From an uncultured Candidatus Poseidoniales archaeon (GTDB lineage Archaea > Thermoplasmatota > Poseidoniia > Poseidoniales > Thalassarchaeaceae), in the NCBI GenBank assembly GCA_964414525.1, contig CAYPWN010000001.1, positions 1 through 59,296 on the forward strand: DNA of 59,296 nucleotides. Reading direction: 5' to 3'. A program made the translations under genes and the position numbers. Below are positions 8,886 through 18,300 of this stretch, in pieces. The notes below the pieces were generated by a model. It saw only the letters and a list, made by a program, of their open reading frames with translations. It was not told the origin of the DNA and did no database searches. Each line of letters opens with the position of its first letter. Position 1 is the stretch's first letter.

Positions 8886-10310
8886 ATGCGAGTCATTATC
8901 GCAGGGGCCGGCGAGGTCGGACGAGGAGTGGCAGCAGCCCTAAGAGGTGAGAAGCGAGGTGTCGCCCTTGTCGACCCAGATCCTAGTGCAATTAGCGAAT
9001 CTCAGTCGCTGGATTGCCTCCTAGTTACAGGAAACGCTCTATCCCGGGACTCACTCATCCGAGCGGGTATAAGCGATGCTGAGATCATAGTATTTGCGAC
9101 CAACGATGACCACGTAAATCTGCTTGGTTGCTCATTCTCGAAAAGGGTTTTCAGTGAGCAAGTAGGCGACAGAACTGCTTCAGGCCTGATAACAATAGCG
9201 AACATCAGGGACCAATCAATTACAGATCATACAAGAGGGGCTGGTCCCCTCGAGAACTGGTCCCGATCAAACTTCATTGTGAGCCCATCCAAGGAGGTCG
9301 TCGATCAACTGGTTTCCGGACTGGTTTCGCCTTCTCTGGATGATATTATCCCACTAGGCGATAATGCATGGATAGTGGTTTCTGAGATTGAAGACGCCTC
9401 GCCATTAGTTGGAATGACCACAGGTGAAGCATCAAAGAAATCACTTGATGTTGCTGGCTATCCAAGAATAATTGCCACTAGTCAGAGGGGAGGCACTGGG
9501 AGGGTAGTGACTGGGAGCGAGATAATCCAGCAGGGAGACATGCTGGTGTTTGTCACTAGCTCCACAAGCTTCTTTGGTGAAATTGCCAGATTGGTCGGTG
9601 ACGTAGACTCAGAAATGCCTGAGAGGCCTTCAGTGGCCATATTCGGGGCGACAAGCTTTGGCAGCAGTCTTGCCAAGCATTATTTGGACAGGGGTTCGAA
9701 CGTCGTAATTATCGAGCCAGATCTGGATGCCGCTAATTCAATCGTCGGCTCGAGAATAGGGATAAACAAGAGACTCGACGTTATTCACGGCGACCCCCAG
9801 GACGAGGATCTTCTCAGAGAACTTGCCATTGAGGATCAGGATATTGCCATTGCTACCCTGTCTGACGACAATCTGAATATTTCCATTTCAATGAGGGCGT
9901 TCGACAAGGGCGTTTCTAGAACTGGTTTGATCCTGAAGGATAGGGCATTGGTGGAGGCTATCCAGAGGATTGGCCTTAGACCAGTCAGCAAGAGAAGGGT
10001 AGCTGTCAAGTCTATATTGAAAGCAATCCATATGCATGTTCCCGGATCCTACGAGCCGATTCCTAGGATGCCATCTCTTGTTTCTATATCTGCAGAAATC
10101 AATTCTGGAAGCAGGATACTCGGAAAGGACTTGGATCAGGTCGAGGACATGATTGGAGCTAGTCTGGTGATGTTGGAGAGGCCAGATAAAGAAGGTGACC
10201 TACAATCAGTTCCAGTAGGTGAAATCGGGAACTTGCTTGAGGGGGACAGAATTTACCTAATCCTGGAGATCGACGACATAGGCAAGGTCGAGAAGTCACT
10301 TGGGAGCTAA
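8886..10310 (+). CDS. trkA: Trk potassium uptake system protein TrkA (tandem RCK domains)
   Basis: The N-terminal Rossmann motif is MRVIIAGAGEVGRGVA. A second motif is VAIFGATSFGSSLA. It lies adjacent to trkH. Confidence 0.85.
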   Translation: MRVIIAGAGEVGRGVAAALRGEKRGVALVDPDPSAISESQSLDCLLVTGNALSRDSLIRAGISDAEIIVFATNDDHVNLLGCSFSKRVFSEQVGDRTASGLITIANIRDQSITDHTRGAGPLENWSRSNFIVSPSKEVVDQLVSGLVSPSLDDIIPLGDNAWIVVSEIEDASPLVGMTTGEASKKSLDVAGYPRIIATSQRGGTGRVVTGSEIIQQGDMLVFVTSSTSFFGEIARLVGDVDSEMPERPSVAIFGATSFGSSLAKHYLDRGSNVVIIEPDLDAANSIVGSRIGINKRLDVIHGDPQDEDLLRELAIEDQDIAIATLSDDNLNISISMRAFDKGVSRTGLILKDRALVEAIQRIGLRPVSKRRVAVKSILKAIHMHVPGSYEPIPRMPSLVSISAEINSGSRILGKDLDQVEDMIGASLVMLERPDKEGDLQSVPVGEIGNLLEGDRIYLILEIDDIGKVEKSLGS

Positions 10311-10311
10311 C

Positions 10312-11889
10312 ATGCGCTGGGAAGTAGTCGGGCTTGTTCTGGGATGGACTATCGGCCTAGTTGCCATACCCCTATCCGCTGTAACCTTCTACAGTGCTTA
10401 CTCGGAGGGATTGGGGCCAGCAATTAGGACATTTTCTATTCCACTGATCTTATCGGTACTATCTGGATATCTCATGGTGTCCAATTTTGGTAGCTCTGAT
10501 GCATCCAGCAGGGTTCGGGATAGAGAGGCATTCGCTTCAGTTGCTCTCGGGTGGATTCCTGTTGTCATTGTTGGTGCCTTGCCATTCTGGCTAGGTGGAA
10601 TGTTCCATGGGCCTTTCGGGGAATACTGGCTACCTGATTCTGATAATTCTATCAACGAAGTGATGTATGGGCTACTGCACTCATGGTTTGAATCAATGTC
10701 TGGATTCACTACAACTGGAGCTTCTCTTATTGACCACTCAACTAGCCCTGTTTGCTCGGGGGACTTCCAGGGGGACTGTGTACGCAGTCAGAGGAAGAGC
10801 CTGATCCTGTGGAGGTCCCTATCGCAGTGGATTGGGGGCATGGGCGTGATTATGCTAGGCCTTCTGATATTCTCACGTGCACTGGGAGGAGGGATGGCTC
10901 TAGCAAGAGCTGAGCTCACTGGTCCATCTGTTTCTAATCTTGGAACCACCCTTGAGAGCACGGCAAGGAAGCTTTGGGGAATTTACGTCGGGCTCACCAT
11001 GCTTCAAGCCGCTCTGCTATTCCAGTTTACCGAAATGGGGTCCTTCGACTCCGTGAACTATGCTCTAACAACGATGCCATCTGGGGGTTTCGGAACATCC
11101 GATATGGGGGTTATGGAGTACGGCGACCCCCTAATTGAGACGGTGATCATGGTTTTCATGCTACTTACCTGCATAAATTTCAGCCTACTATACTTCGCAT
11201 TCTCCGGCCGCTCTAATGAAATCTGGAAGGATGAGGAGCTTAGGACATACTTCCTGATTATCTGCATCGCATGGCTTGCCATGGCACTAAACCTATCTAG
11301 ATCTGGAAATTATGGGCTATTCGAATCAATTCGGTACTCCATTTTCCAGTCCATTTCAATATCGAGCACAGGTTTCTCTAGTGCCGACTTTTCCAATTGG
11401 CCGGTTTTCAGTCAGTTTGTCCTTCTTCTATTGATGATAATTGGTGCCAGCGCAGGATCCACTGGAGGGGGTCTGAAGGTGCTCAGAATTCGAATTGCAT
11501 TCGAGTTGGCCAAGAGGGAGGTAATGAAGATCATACAGCCACGAAAGGTGGTAGCAATCAGGTTTAACCAGTCGGTCGTAGAAGAGGACAGGGTTTGGAT
11601 AATACTTGGAATGGTGAGCTCATGGATGGTTTTGGTCACCGCATCAATGCTTACCATTTCGTTCCTAGAGCCATCTTTGACCTTGACAGACGTACTTTCT
11701 GTTTCCATATCCCTCCTGGGCAACACAGGGCCAGCACTGGGAACCTTTGGGCCTCTGGGGGCTGCTTCTGCATGGGCCAACCTCAGCGTTCCTTCGTTGC
11801 TAGTATCAACTATGCTAATGTGGCTTGGACGTCTCGAATTGCTCACCGTACTCGTCCTTCTCCACCCAAGGACGTGGGAGTCCGACTAG
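10312..11889 (+). CDS. trkH: Trk/Ktr-family potassium transporter membrane subunit TrkH
   Basis: Selectivity-filter-like repeats are present: SGFTTTGAS, SGGFGTS, STGFSSAD and GSTGGGLKV. The ATG at 10312 follows the trkA stop. The TTG at 10300 is an alternative start. Confidence 0.85.
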   Translation: MRWEVVGLVLGWTIGLVAIPLSAVTFYSAYSEGLGPAIRTFSIPLILSVLSGYLMVSNFGSSDASSRVRDREAFASVALGWIPVVIVGALPFWLGGMFHGPFGEYWLPDSDNSINEVMYGLLHSWFESMSGFTTTGASLIDHSTSPVCSGDFQGDCVRSQRKSLILWRSLSQWIGGMGVIMLGLLIFSRALGGGMALARAELTGPSVSNLGTTLESTARKLWGIYVGLTMLQAALLFQFTEMGSFDSVNYALTTMPSGGFGTSDMGVMEYGDPLIETVIMVFMLLTCINFSLLYFAFSGRSNEIWKDEELRTYFLIICIAWLAMALNLSRSGNYGLFESIRYSIFQSISISSTGFSSADFSNWPVFSQFVLLLLMIIGASAGSTGGGLKVLRIRIAFELAKREVMKIIQPRKVVAIRFNQSVVEEDRVWIILGMVSSWMVLVTASMLTISFLEPSLTLTDVLSVSISLLGNTGPALGTFGPLGAASAWANLSVPSLLVSTMLMWLGRLELLTVLVLLHPRTWESD

Positions 11890-13385
11890 CCAAATCTGTC
11901 AAGTGTGTATTGGGAGCCTACTGATTCTCCCTGTTCGCCTTCATCAACTACTACCTCATCAATGGCATCATATTCGACATCGAATGACTCGATTATCTCC
12001 TTTGCTATCTTTCCCGTCTTGGGGATTCCGTGAAGCGCCAAGTGGTCGTCTACGCTAAGGCCGATCTTCTTTGCCACAGAGAACTCGTTAGGAGACCCGC
12101 CAAGCTCCTTGTCGTGGGCTGCAAGTAGGTATGGCCATAGATCCTCTCTTACGGAAGAATTACTCGACTCGAGACTCCTCGAAATGCGTCGAATCAGATC
12201 ACTCGTCCTCCAAGACTCCCCCCCTCTCCTGAGGAAGTCTGGGAAACTGACGAAGACTTCCTCTGGTGTAGAGGGATTGGAGTGTGATACTGCAGCTTGG
12301 ACCGGCAATGCCGAGCCCCAGTACCATGATCTGAATGCTCTGTTGGAGAACTTCGTAGCTAGGTATGAATCAGCGCTACACATTGCCTTTGCGATTATTG
12401 ACAACCTATTGCCATCCATTATCGATTGGTTGTTCCATGAGAGCCATGCCAGCAGTTCATCGGGGTCTTTGTCAGAATTGACCATCGCGTCCAAAGCTCT
12501 AGCTCCAGAATTTTCCGTGTACACCTTCCTTAGTGCGTTGAAAACATTCACCTGTGAGTCTCTCTCAGAAGCCCCTGACAAATCTCGGAATGAGGCCAAG
12601 CTAATGTGGCCCCCGCTCGTTTTGGAGAGTGATTGCAGGTCCTTGACAAGAGCCCGCAAGTCTCCTGGGTTCTCGTCAATAATAGCCTCGAGAGATTCGG
12701 GGTCGATCCCTATTCCTTCAGAATCTAGAACCCTATTGGCCACCCTCCTCATGTCTGCTCTCTTGACTCTATCGAAGATCACATTCTCCGACATCCTTAG
12801 CACTCGATCTCTGTTTGATCTCCAACTGCTACCTCTCCCCCAGAGTCTCATCGGGTCGTTGCAGGTCATTATAACGGGGTGTTTTGTACTGCTTAGTAGG
12901 TTCAATAACTCGGCCTTTCCGCCAGAATCTCCTTTCAGCACGAAACCCTCTTCAGTTCGGCTCAGTGACTTGTTTATTCTGTCTTCGGAGATCTTTGCGA
13001 ATCCCCCGCTGAGGTGATCGACTTCATCCAATAGGATCACAGTTTTTCCCGATGCCGTGGGTCCAGTCGAGAATTGGTCCAGAGAGAAGTTTTGGGATCC
13101 CCGGGTAGCAGATGCTCTGATGGCGGCCGCATTCCTCTGCTCAGAGGCATTCAGCTCTACTACAGTCCAACCTCTCTCAGCGGCCAATGCATGAGCCAAC
13201 GTTGTTTTCCCTACGCCAGGGGGCCCCGATAGAAGCAAACCCCTCTTTTTGGGGAAACCACCCGAACTCCACCTTTCCAACCAAAATCTGACCCTTCTTA
13301 CCTTGTCTTCGTTTCCTTCAATCTCAGAAAGCGAGGATGGGCGGTATCGCTCAGTCCAGTCATGATGATGACTTTCTACTCCCAC
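11886..13385 (-). CDS. rfcL: Replication factor C large subunit
   Basis: WTERYRP, Walker A LLSGPPGVGKTT and Walker B ILLDEVD are present. The start is GTG. The 3' end overlaps trkH by 4 nt (convergent). Confidence 0.9.
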   Translation of the reverse strand: MGVESHHHDWTERYRPSSLSEIEGNEDKVRRVRFWLERWSSGGFPKKRGLLLSGPPGVGKTTLAHALAAERGWTVVELNASEQRNAAAIRASATRGSQNFSLDQFSTGPTASGKTVILLDEVDHLSGGFAKISEDRINKSLSRTEEGFVLKGDSGGKAELLNLLSSTKHPVIMTCNDPMRLWGRGSSWRSNRDRVLRMSENVIFDRVKRADMRRVANRVLDSEGIGIDPESLEAIIDENPGDLRALVKDLQSLSKTSGGHISLASFRDLSGASERDSQVNVFNALRKVYTENSGARALDAMVNSDKDPDELLAWLSWNNQSIMDGNRLSIIAKAMCSADSYLATKFSNRAFRSWYWGSALPVQAAVSHSNPSTPEEVFVSFPDFLRRGGESWRTSDLIRRISRSLESSNSSVREDLWPYLLAAHDKELGGSPNEFSVAKKIGLSVDDHLALHGIPKTGKIAKEIIESFDVEYDAIDEVVVDEGEQGESVGSQYTLDRFG

Positions 13386-13422
13386 GAAACACGATTTTAT
13401 CGGCGACTCTTGAAGATTAGCA

Positions 13423-15156
13423 CTAGAATAGGGATGACAGAGAGCGCGTTGGCAAGAGGTCTAGGAGGGAAGCAACATCCGCCCTAACTTGAGTCTGGTC
13501 ATCCCTCCTCCTGATGGTAACTGTTCCATCCTGGGTAGACTGATGATCAACGGTTACTGCCCATGGGATGCCTATTTCGTCAGCCCTGGCATATCTCCTC
13601 CCGATCGACCTGCTAGTGTCGATGATTCCATTTATTCCCGGAATAAATCCCACTTTACTGTTTATTTCCGCAGCTATCTCGCTCATCCCATCCTTGTCAA
13701 AAAGAGGTAAAATTACAACATCATAGGGGGCGATCGAGGGCTTCAGTGATAGTATTGTGTAGCTTTCATCTTCTTTCTCTATCTCCCTGTAGTTGTGGTC
13801 CAGGATGTGCCAGATTATCCTATCTAAGCCGAATGCAGGCTCGATAACATGTGGCGTGAAGTACTCGCCGTTAACGACAGTATCTTGGGATTCTCTGTCC
13901 ACCATTTCCTCTGTAATTTCAACTTCCGATCCATCGGAAAGCGTTAGATTAAACGGCATACTATCCGGAATATCGGCTATTTCCGAGAGTGCCTTGGTTA
14001 CAAGGGATGACTTTTCTTTGAAATGAGGGCCAACCACTGAGCCCACAGGAGAAAGAATGTCTATGTTTTCGCGAATTGGCGATTCGTACTGCCTCCATCC
14101 CCTTAGCAATTTTGAGCCCGAGTGCTCCTCATGTGATTCCAAGTCATGACATGTTCTGTTCGCTATCCCAACAACTTCGACCCAACCATGCTCTCCATCC
14201 AACTCACAGTCCCAGCAGTCAGAAGCATAGTGTGCCATCTCTGAGCTTTCGTGTTGCCTGAATCGTATTTTTGATGAATCAACACCAACTTTGACTAAGA
14301 AATCCAATGTCATAGCCAAGAACCAAGCTACAGTGGGGTGCTTTACAACTCCATCTTTGAACGCCTCTTCAAAAGACAACGTCTTGACACCTGCATCGGG
14401 ACCTCTGGGATCGGGGATGATGCAAACCTGCTGCCCCCACTTCCCCAGATCAGTAGTTGGGGGATATTTTGGATCGATGAAGTATTCCAACTCTGCCATG
14501 TTGAATTCCCTAAGCCTAATCATCCCCTGACGCGGACTAATCTCGTTTCTGTATCCCTTTCCTGTCTGTAGAGCCCCAAACGGGAGCTTCTGTCTGAAGT
14601 GCCTGTATAGGACTGGATATAGCATGAACATGCCCTGTGCTGTTTCGGGCCTCATGAAAGCAGTCCTAGAACCTCCCATTGCACCAATATTGGTCTGAAA
14701 CATCAGGTTCATCGGCCTAGCATCCATCCACCGAGTCGAGCCACAACTTGGGCACTTTACTCCGGTCTCGGAAATGACTCTGTCTAGCTCTTCTGATTCC
14801 AGCGAATCTGGGTTTTCATGGACATCTTTTAGCAGGTGATCCGTCCTGAATGCGCCCCCACAAGACTCACATTCGGACATCTTGTCATTGAATTCACCAA
14901 CGTGTCCGCTGGCTACAAGTACTGGCTCGGGGGTAATTGTGGGCGAGTCGACTTCTACTACGTTGGGCAAGTCGCTCCAGTGATCAATCCAGGATTCAAT
15001 AACCCGCCTCTTGATGCTGGCCCCTACTGGGCCGTAGTCGATTAACCCAGAAACACCGCCATAAATCTCGTACGAGGGAAGCACAACACCTCTTCTCCTA
15101 AGTAGGGAAGACAGTCTCGTCAATCGACTATTGTCAACCATTTCGACTTCCGACAC
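13423..15156 (-). CDS. glyS: Glycyl-tRNA synthetase (archaeal/eukaryotic alpha2 type)
   Basis: The N-terminus is LLRRRGVVLPSYEIYGGVSGLIDYGPVG. Class II motifs are present. It is 577 aa. The start is GTG at 15156 or ATG at 15141. Confidence 0.95.
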   Translation of the reverse strand: MSEVEMVDNSRLTRLSSLLRRRGVVLPSYEIYGGVSGLIDYGPVGASIKRRVIESWIDHWSDLPNVVEVDSPTITPEPVLVASGHVGEFNDKMSECESCGGAFRTDHLLKDVHENPDSLESEELDRVISETGVKCPSCGSTRWMDARPMNLMFQTNIGAMGGSRTAFMRPETAQGMFMLYPVLYRHFRQKLPFGALQTGKGYRNEISPRQGMIRLREFNMAELEYFIDPKYPPTTDLGKWGQQVCIIPDPRGPDAGVKTLSFEEAFKDGVVKHPTVAWFLAMTLDFLVKVGVDSSKIRFRQHESSEMAHYASDCWDCELDGEHGWVEVVGIANRTCHDLESHEEHSGSKLLRGWRQYESPIRENIDILSPVGSVVGPHFKEKSSLVTKALSEIADIPDSMPFNLTLSDGSEVEITEEMVDRESQDTVVNGEYFTPHVIEPAFGLDRIIWHILDHNYREIEKEDESYTILSLKPSIAPYDVVILPLFDKDGMSEIAAEINSKVGFIPGINGIIDTSRSIGRRYARADEIGIPWAVTVDHQSTQDGTVTIRRRDDQTQVRADVASLLDLLPTRSLSSLF

Positions 15157-15314
15157 ACAATCGTGGTTTTCAAGCCATCCTAGTTTGCCCGACTATTATC
15201 TCAATTGCGTGACCATTCTAGCTTCTTCGGGCTATTAGCTTGGTTTTACTCACATTTCTGAGAAGCATTCATTTATGGTATCGATTGCCTGAAACGCAAG
15301 GTGGTTTGGAAAAA

Positions 15315-18300
15315 ATGCCAGAAATAAAGTACGTATCTGAAGTTTCAGATATGGATGGCATCTTGGACAGACTATCTCCTCCGGTGAGTAATTGGTTCCA
15401 GGAAAAGTTCGAAGACTTCACAGAGCCCCAGAAGGTAGCGATTCCGAAGATCCTAGATGGCGAACACCTGCTATTGTGCTCCCCAACCGGTTCCGGAAAG
15501 ACTCTCACTGCATTTCTGTCAATAATTGATGACCTAGTGAGGAGGTCTTTAGAAGGGACTCTTACGGATACTGTTCAATGCATTTACATCTCCCCAATCA
15601 AGGCTCTAGCAAATGATATACAGAAGAATCTGATTGGGCCACTTACTGAGATCAAAGACAGGTTTCTCCCGGGGAGAGCCCAGGAAATCAAAGTCGGACT
15701 CAGGACCGGGGATACCCCTCAGAAGGAGAGGGAGAGGATGCTCCGAAAGCCCCCACATATCCTCATTACGACACCAGAATCACTTGGACTAGCTCTGGCA
15801 TCAAAGAGGTTCAGGCCACTGCTGAATGAATTGAAGTGGCTTATCGTAGACGAGATGCACTCCCTTGTCCCAACGAAAAGAGGAACTCATCTCTCTCTTA
15901 GTCTAGCACTAATGGACTCGGTTGTCGAAACAGAGGTACAGAGGATTGGAATTAGTGCTACTATGGAGCCACTGAACGATGTTGCGGAATTCCTAGTAGC
16001 TAGCGATCCAAGGGAGAGCGAGGCTCAGAAGCAGAGTGTGTCAATAGCAAAGGTATCCGGCTCAAGAGAGCTAGATATGGACATCATCCTACCTTCACCG
16101 CGGTTTACTTCTATTCCGGTGAAAGAGATATTGGACCACAATATTGACAGAATTAAGGAATTGGTTGAGGCTCACACTACAACACTTGTTTTCGTAAACA
16201 CCAGGAACATGACCGAGACATTCGTACAGCGCCTAAAGGTTGCAGGCCTGGAGGGCGTTGAGGGCCATCACGGATCAATGGACAAGTCGATCAGGCTAGA
16301 TGTCGAGCAGAGACTTAAGGAAGGCAGACTGAGGTGCGTCGTATCATCTTCAAGTCTAGAGATGGGCATCGACATAGGCTCGGTCGACTTCGTAATTCAG
16401 GTCGGGTCTCCTGGATCAATAGCAACCGCTCTACAAAGGATCGGGAGGGCTGGACATCATGTAGGGGGCCTCCCAAGGGCACGGTTTCTTCCAACTTCCT
16501 CGCATGACCTTCTAGAGATAGTTGCCCTACAGAACGGCATACTCTCGGGGAACATGGATTTGCTAAAATTTCCCGAGAACTGCTTGGATGTCCTAGCTCA
16601 ATTCCTAATCGGCCTAACAATCATCAGAGAGTGGGACATTGACGAGGCATACGAGCTGGTGCAGGCCTCTTGGCCATACAGGTCCTTGCCTTATGACGAC
16701 TACATCGAGGTACTAGACCTACTCGAAGAGGAAAGGAGAGTTTGGGTGGATTGGGAGGAGAATAGATTTGGGAAGAGGGGCTACGCCCAGATGATATATT
16801 ACACGAATATTGGTACAATTTCCCCAGACAACAACTACCTCGTCTTCACTTCGGATGGCACTATGGTGGGCCAACTCTCCTCCTCTTTCGTTTCTAGCCT
16901 TAGGAACGGTGACGTGTTCCTTCTTGGGGGCTCGACATACAGGGTCTCCAGCGTTATCGGTACTAGGGTAAATGTTACTTCGGCAACTGGTTACAGGCCC
17001 ACTATCCCTTCGTGGACAGGGGAGGCAATGAGCAGGAGTAGCGAACTCAGTGGCGAAGTTCTTGACCTTTTGGAAATTCTTTCTGTCCAATACAGAACAG
17101 GCAGGGGGATCACTCCCTTCTTAGTAGACGTACTCGGCCTGAACAAGCCGGTTGCTAATGCATTGACTCAGTTCCTAGACGAGCACTCTGCAACTACGTT
17201 CCAGGTTCCATCCAAAGATCGCATCCTAGTCGAGCAGGTAGAAGCCCCGCTCCCAACATACGTGGTAACTACATGCAGAGGCAGGGCATTCAATCTAGCA
17301 CTAGGCAATCTGTTTGCGGGCATGGCTTCTAGGGACAATATCGCAGTACACGAGCTTTCGTTCGACGAGAACGGCTTCATGGCAAAGTTGAGCCATGAGA
17401 TTGAGGTATCCTCCATCCCAGCAGTTTTCCGTGGCTCGGGAAGCGAAGACACTCTTCACAAATATCTCATCGAGTCCCAGCTCTTCGCTAAGAGGTTCAG
17501 GGAGGTCTCATCTAGGAGCATGCTGAATCCCAGACGAGTAGGTGCAGAAGAGGTAAGCCCCAAGCAGTTCCAGCAGAAAGCTGAACAGATAATGAATCGA
17601 CATCGAAAGATGGATGACTCCGTAATCGTAAGGGAGGCAATGAACGAGATCCTAACAACCGACCTAGACATGGTGCAACTAAGACAGTTCATTTCAAGGA
17701 TGGATAGTGAGGATGTAAGAATTGTACATAGGAGGGTGAAGATACCTTCCCCGCTTGGCCTGACACTGTTTATGTCTTCATTCGAGGATCTTCTTTCGTT
17801 GAGGACAAGAGCATATCTCATAAAAGACGTAGACCCGGAAATTCTCAGGAGATTGCTAGGGGCCAGATCACTTGCAACAGAACTAGATGAGCAGAAACTC
17901 AGCGAGTATTACCAGTCAAAGGTTTCTGTCCCAACTAATGCGAACGAACTCCTCAGGCTTATGGACATGGGAGGGGGCCTTGAGCGCCAACTAACCCATC
18001 CTTTGTACAGTGAGAAGCTAAAGGACATAGAGTTCGAAACTCTCAGAGGCTGGGTCCACGAATTAGCAGAGAGGGAGCTGATTACCAAAATCAGAGGAAC
18101 TGGCCTGGAAAAGATCGACGGAAAGTGGTTCTCAATGAGGATGACGGAGGTACATGGCACGCTAGGCTGTCTTGCTGTGGCAGGGGCAGCCGAGATGGAC
18201 GACCTGAGAGAGCTGTACACGGGAGGGCTAAGCTACGAGGTTGGCGAGGGTTTCGTAGGGGGGGAACCGACCAATTGGAGGAAGAAGACTCTGTCCGACC

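Noticed and set aside
12109-13017. A 302-aa ORF antisense to the RFC large subunit. Similar long antisense ORFs lie at 6228..6596+, 6535..6924+, 43018..43923-, 52774..53523-, 53336..54142-, 55692..56291+, 34952..35401- and 38717..40375+.
   Set aside because: All lie fully inside confidently identified genes on the other strand. All have Ser/Leu/Pro-rich composition with no recognisable motifs. They are typical shadow ORFs.
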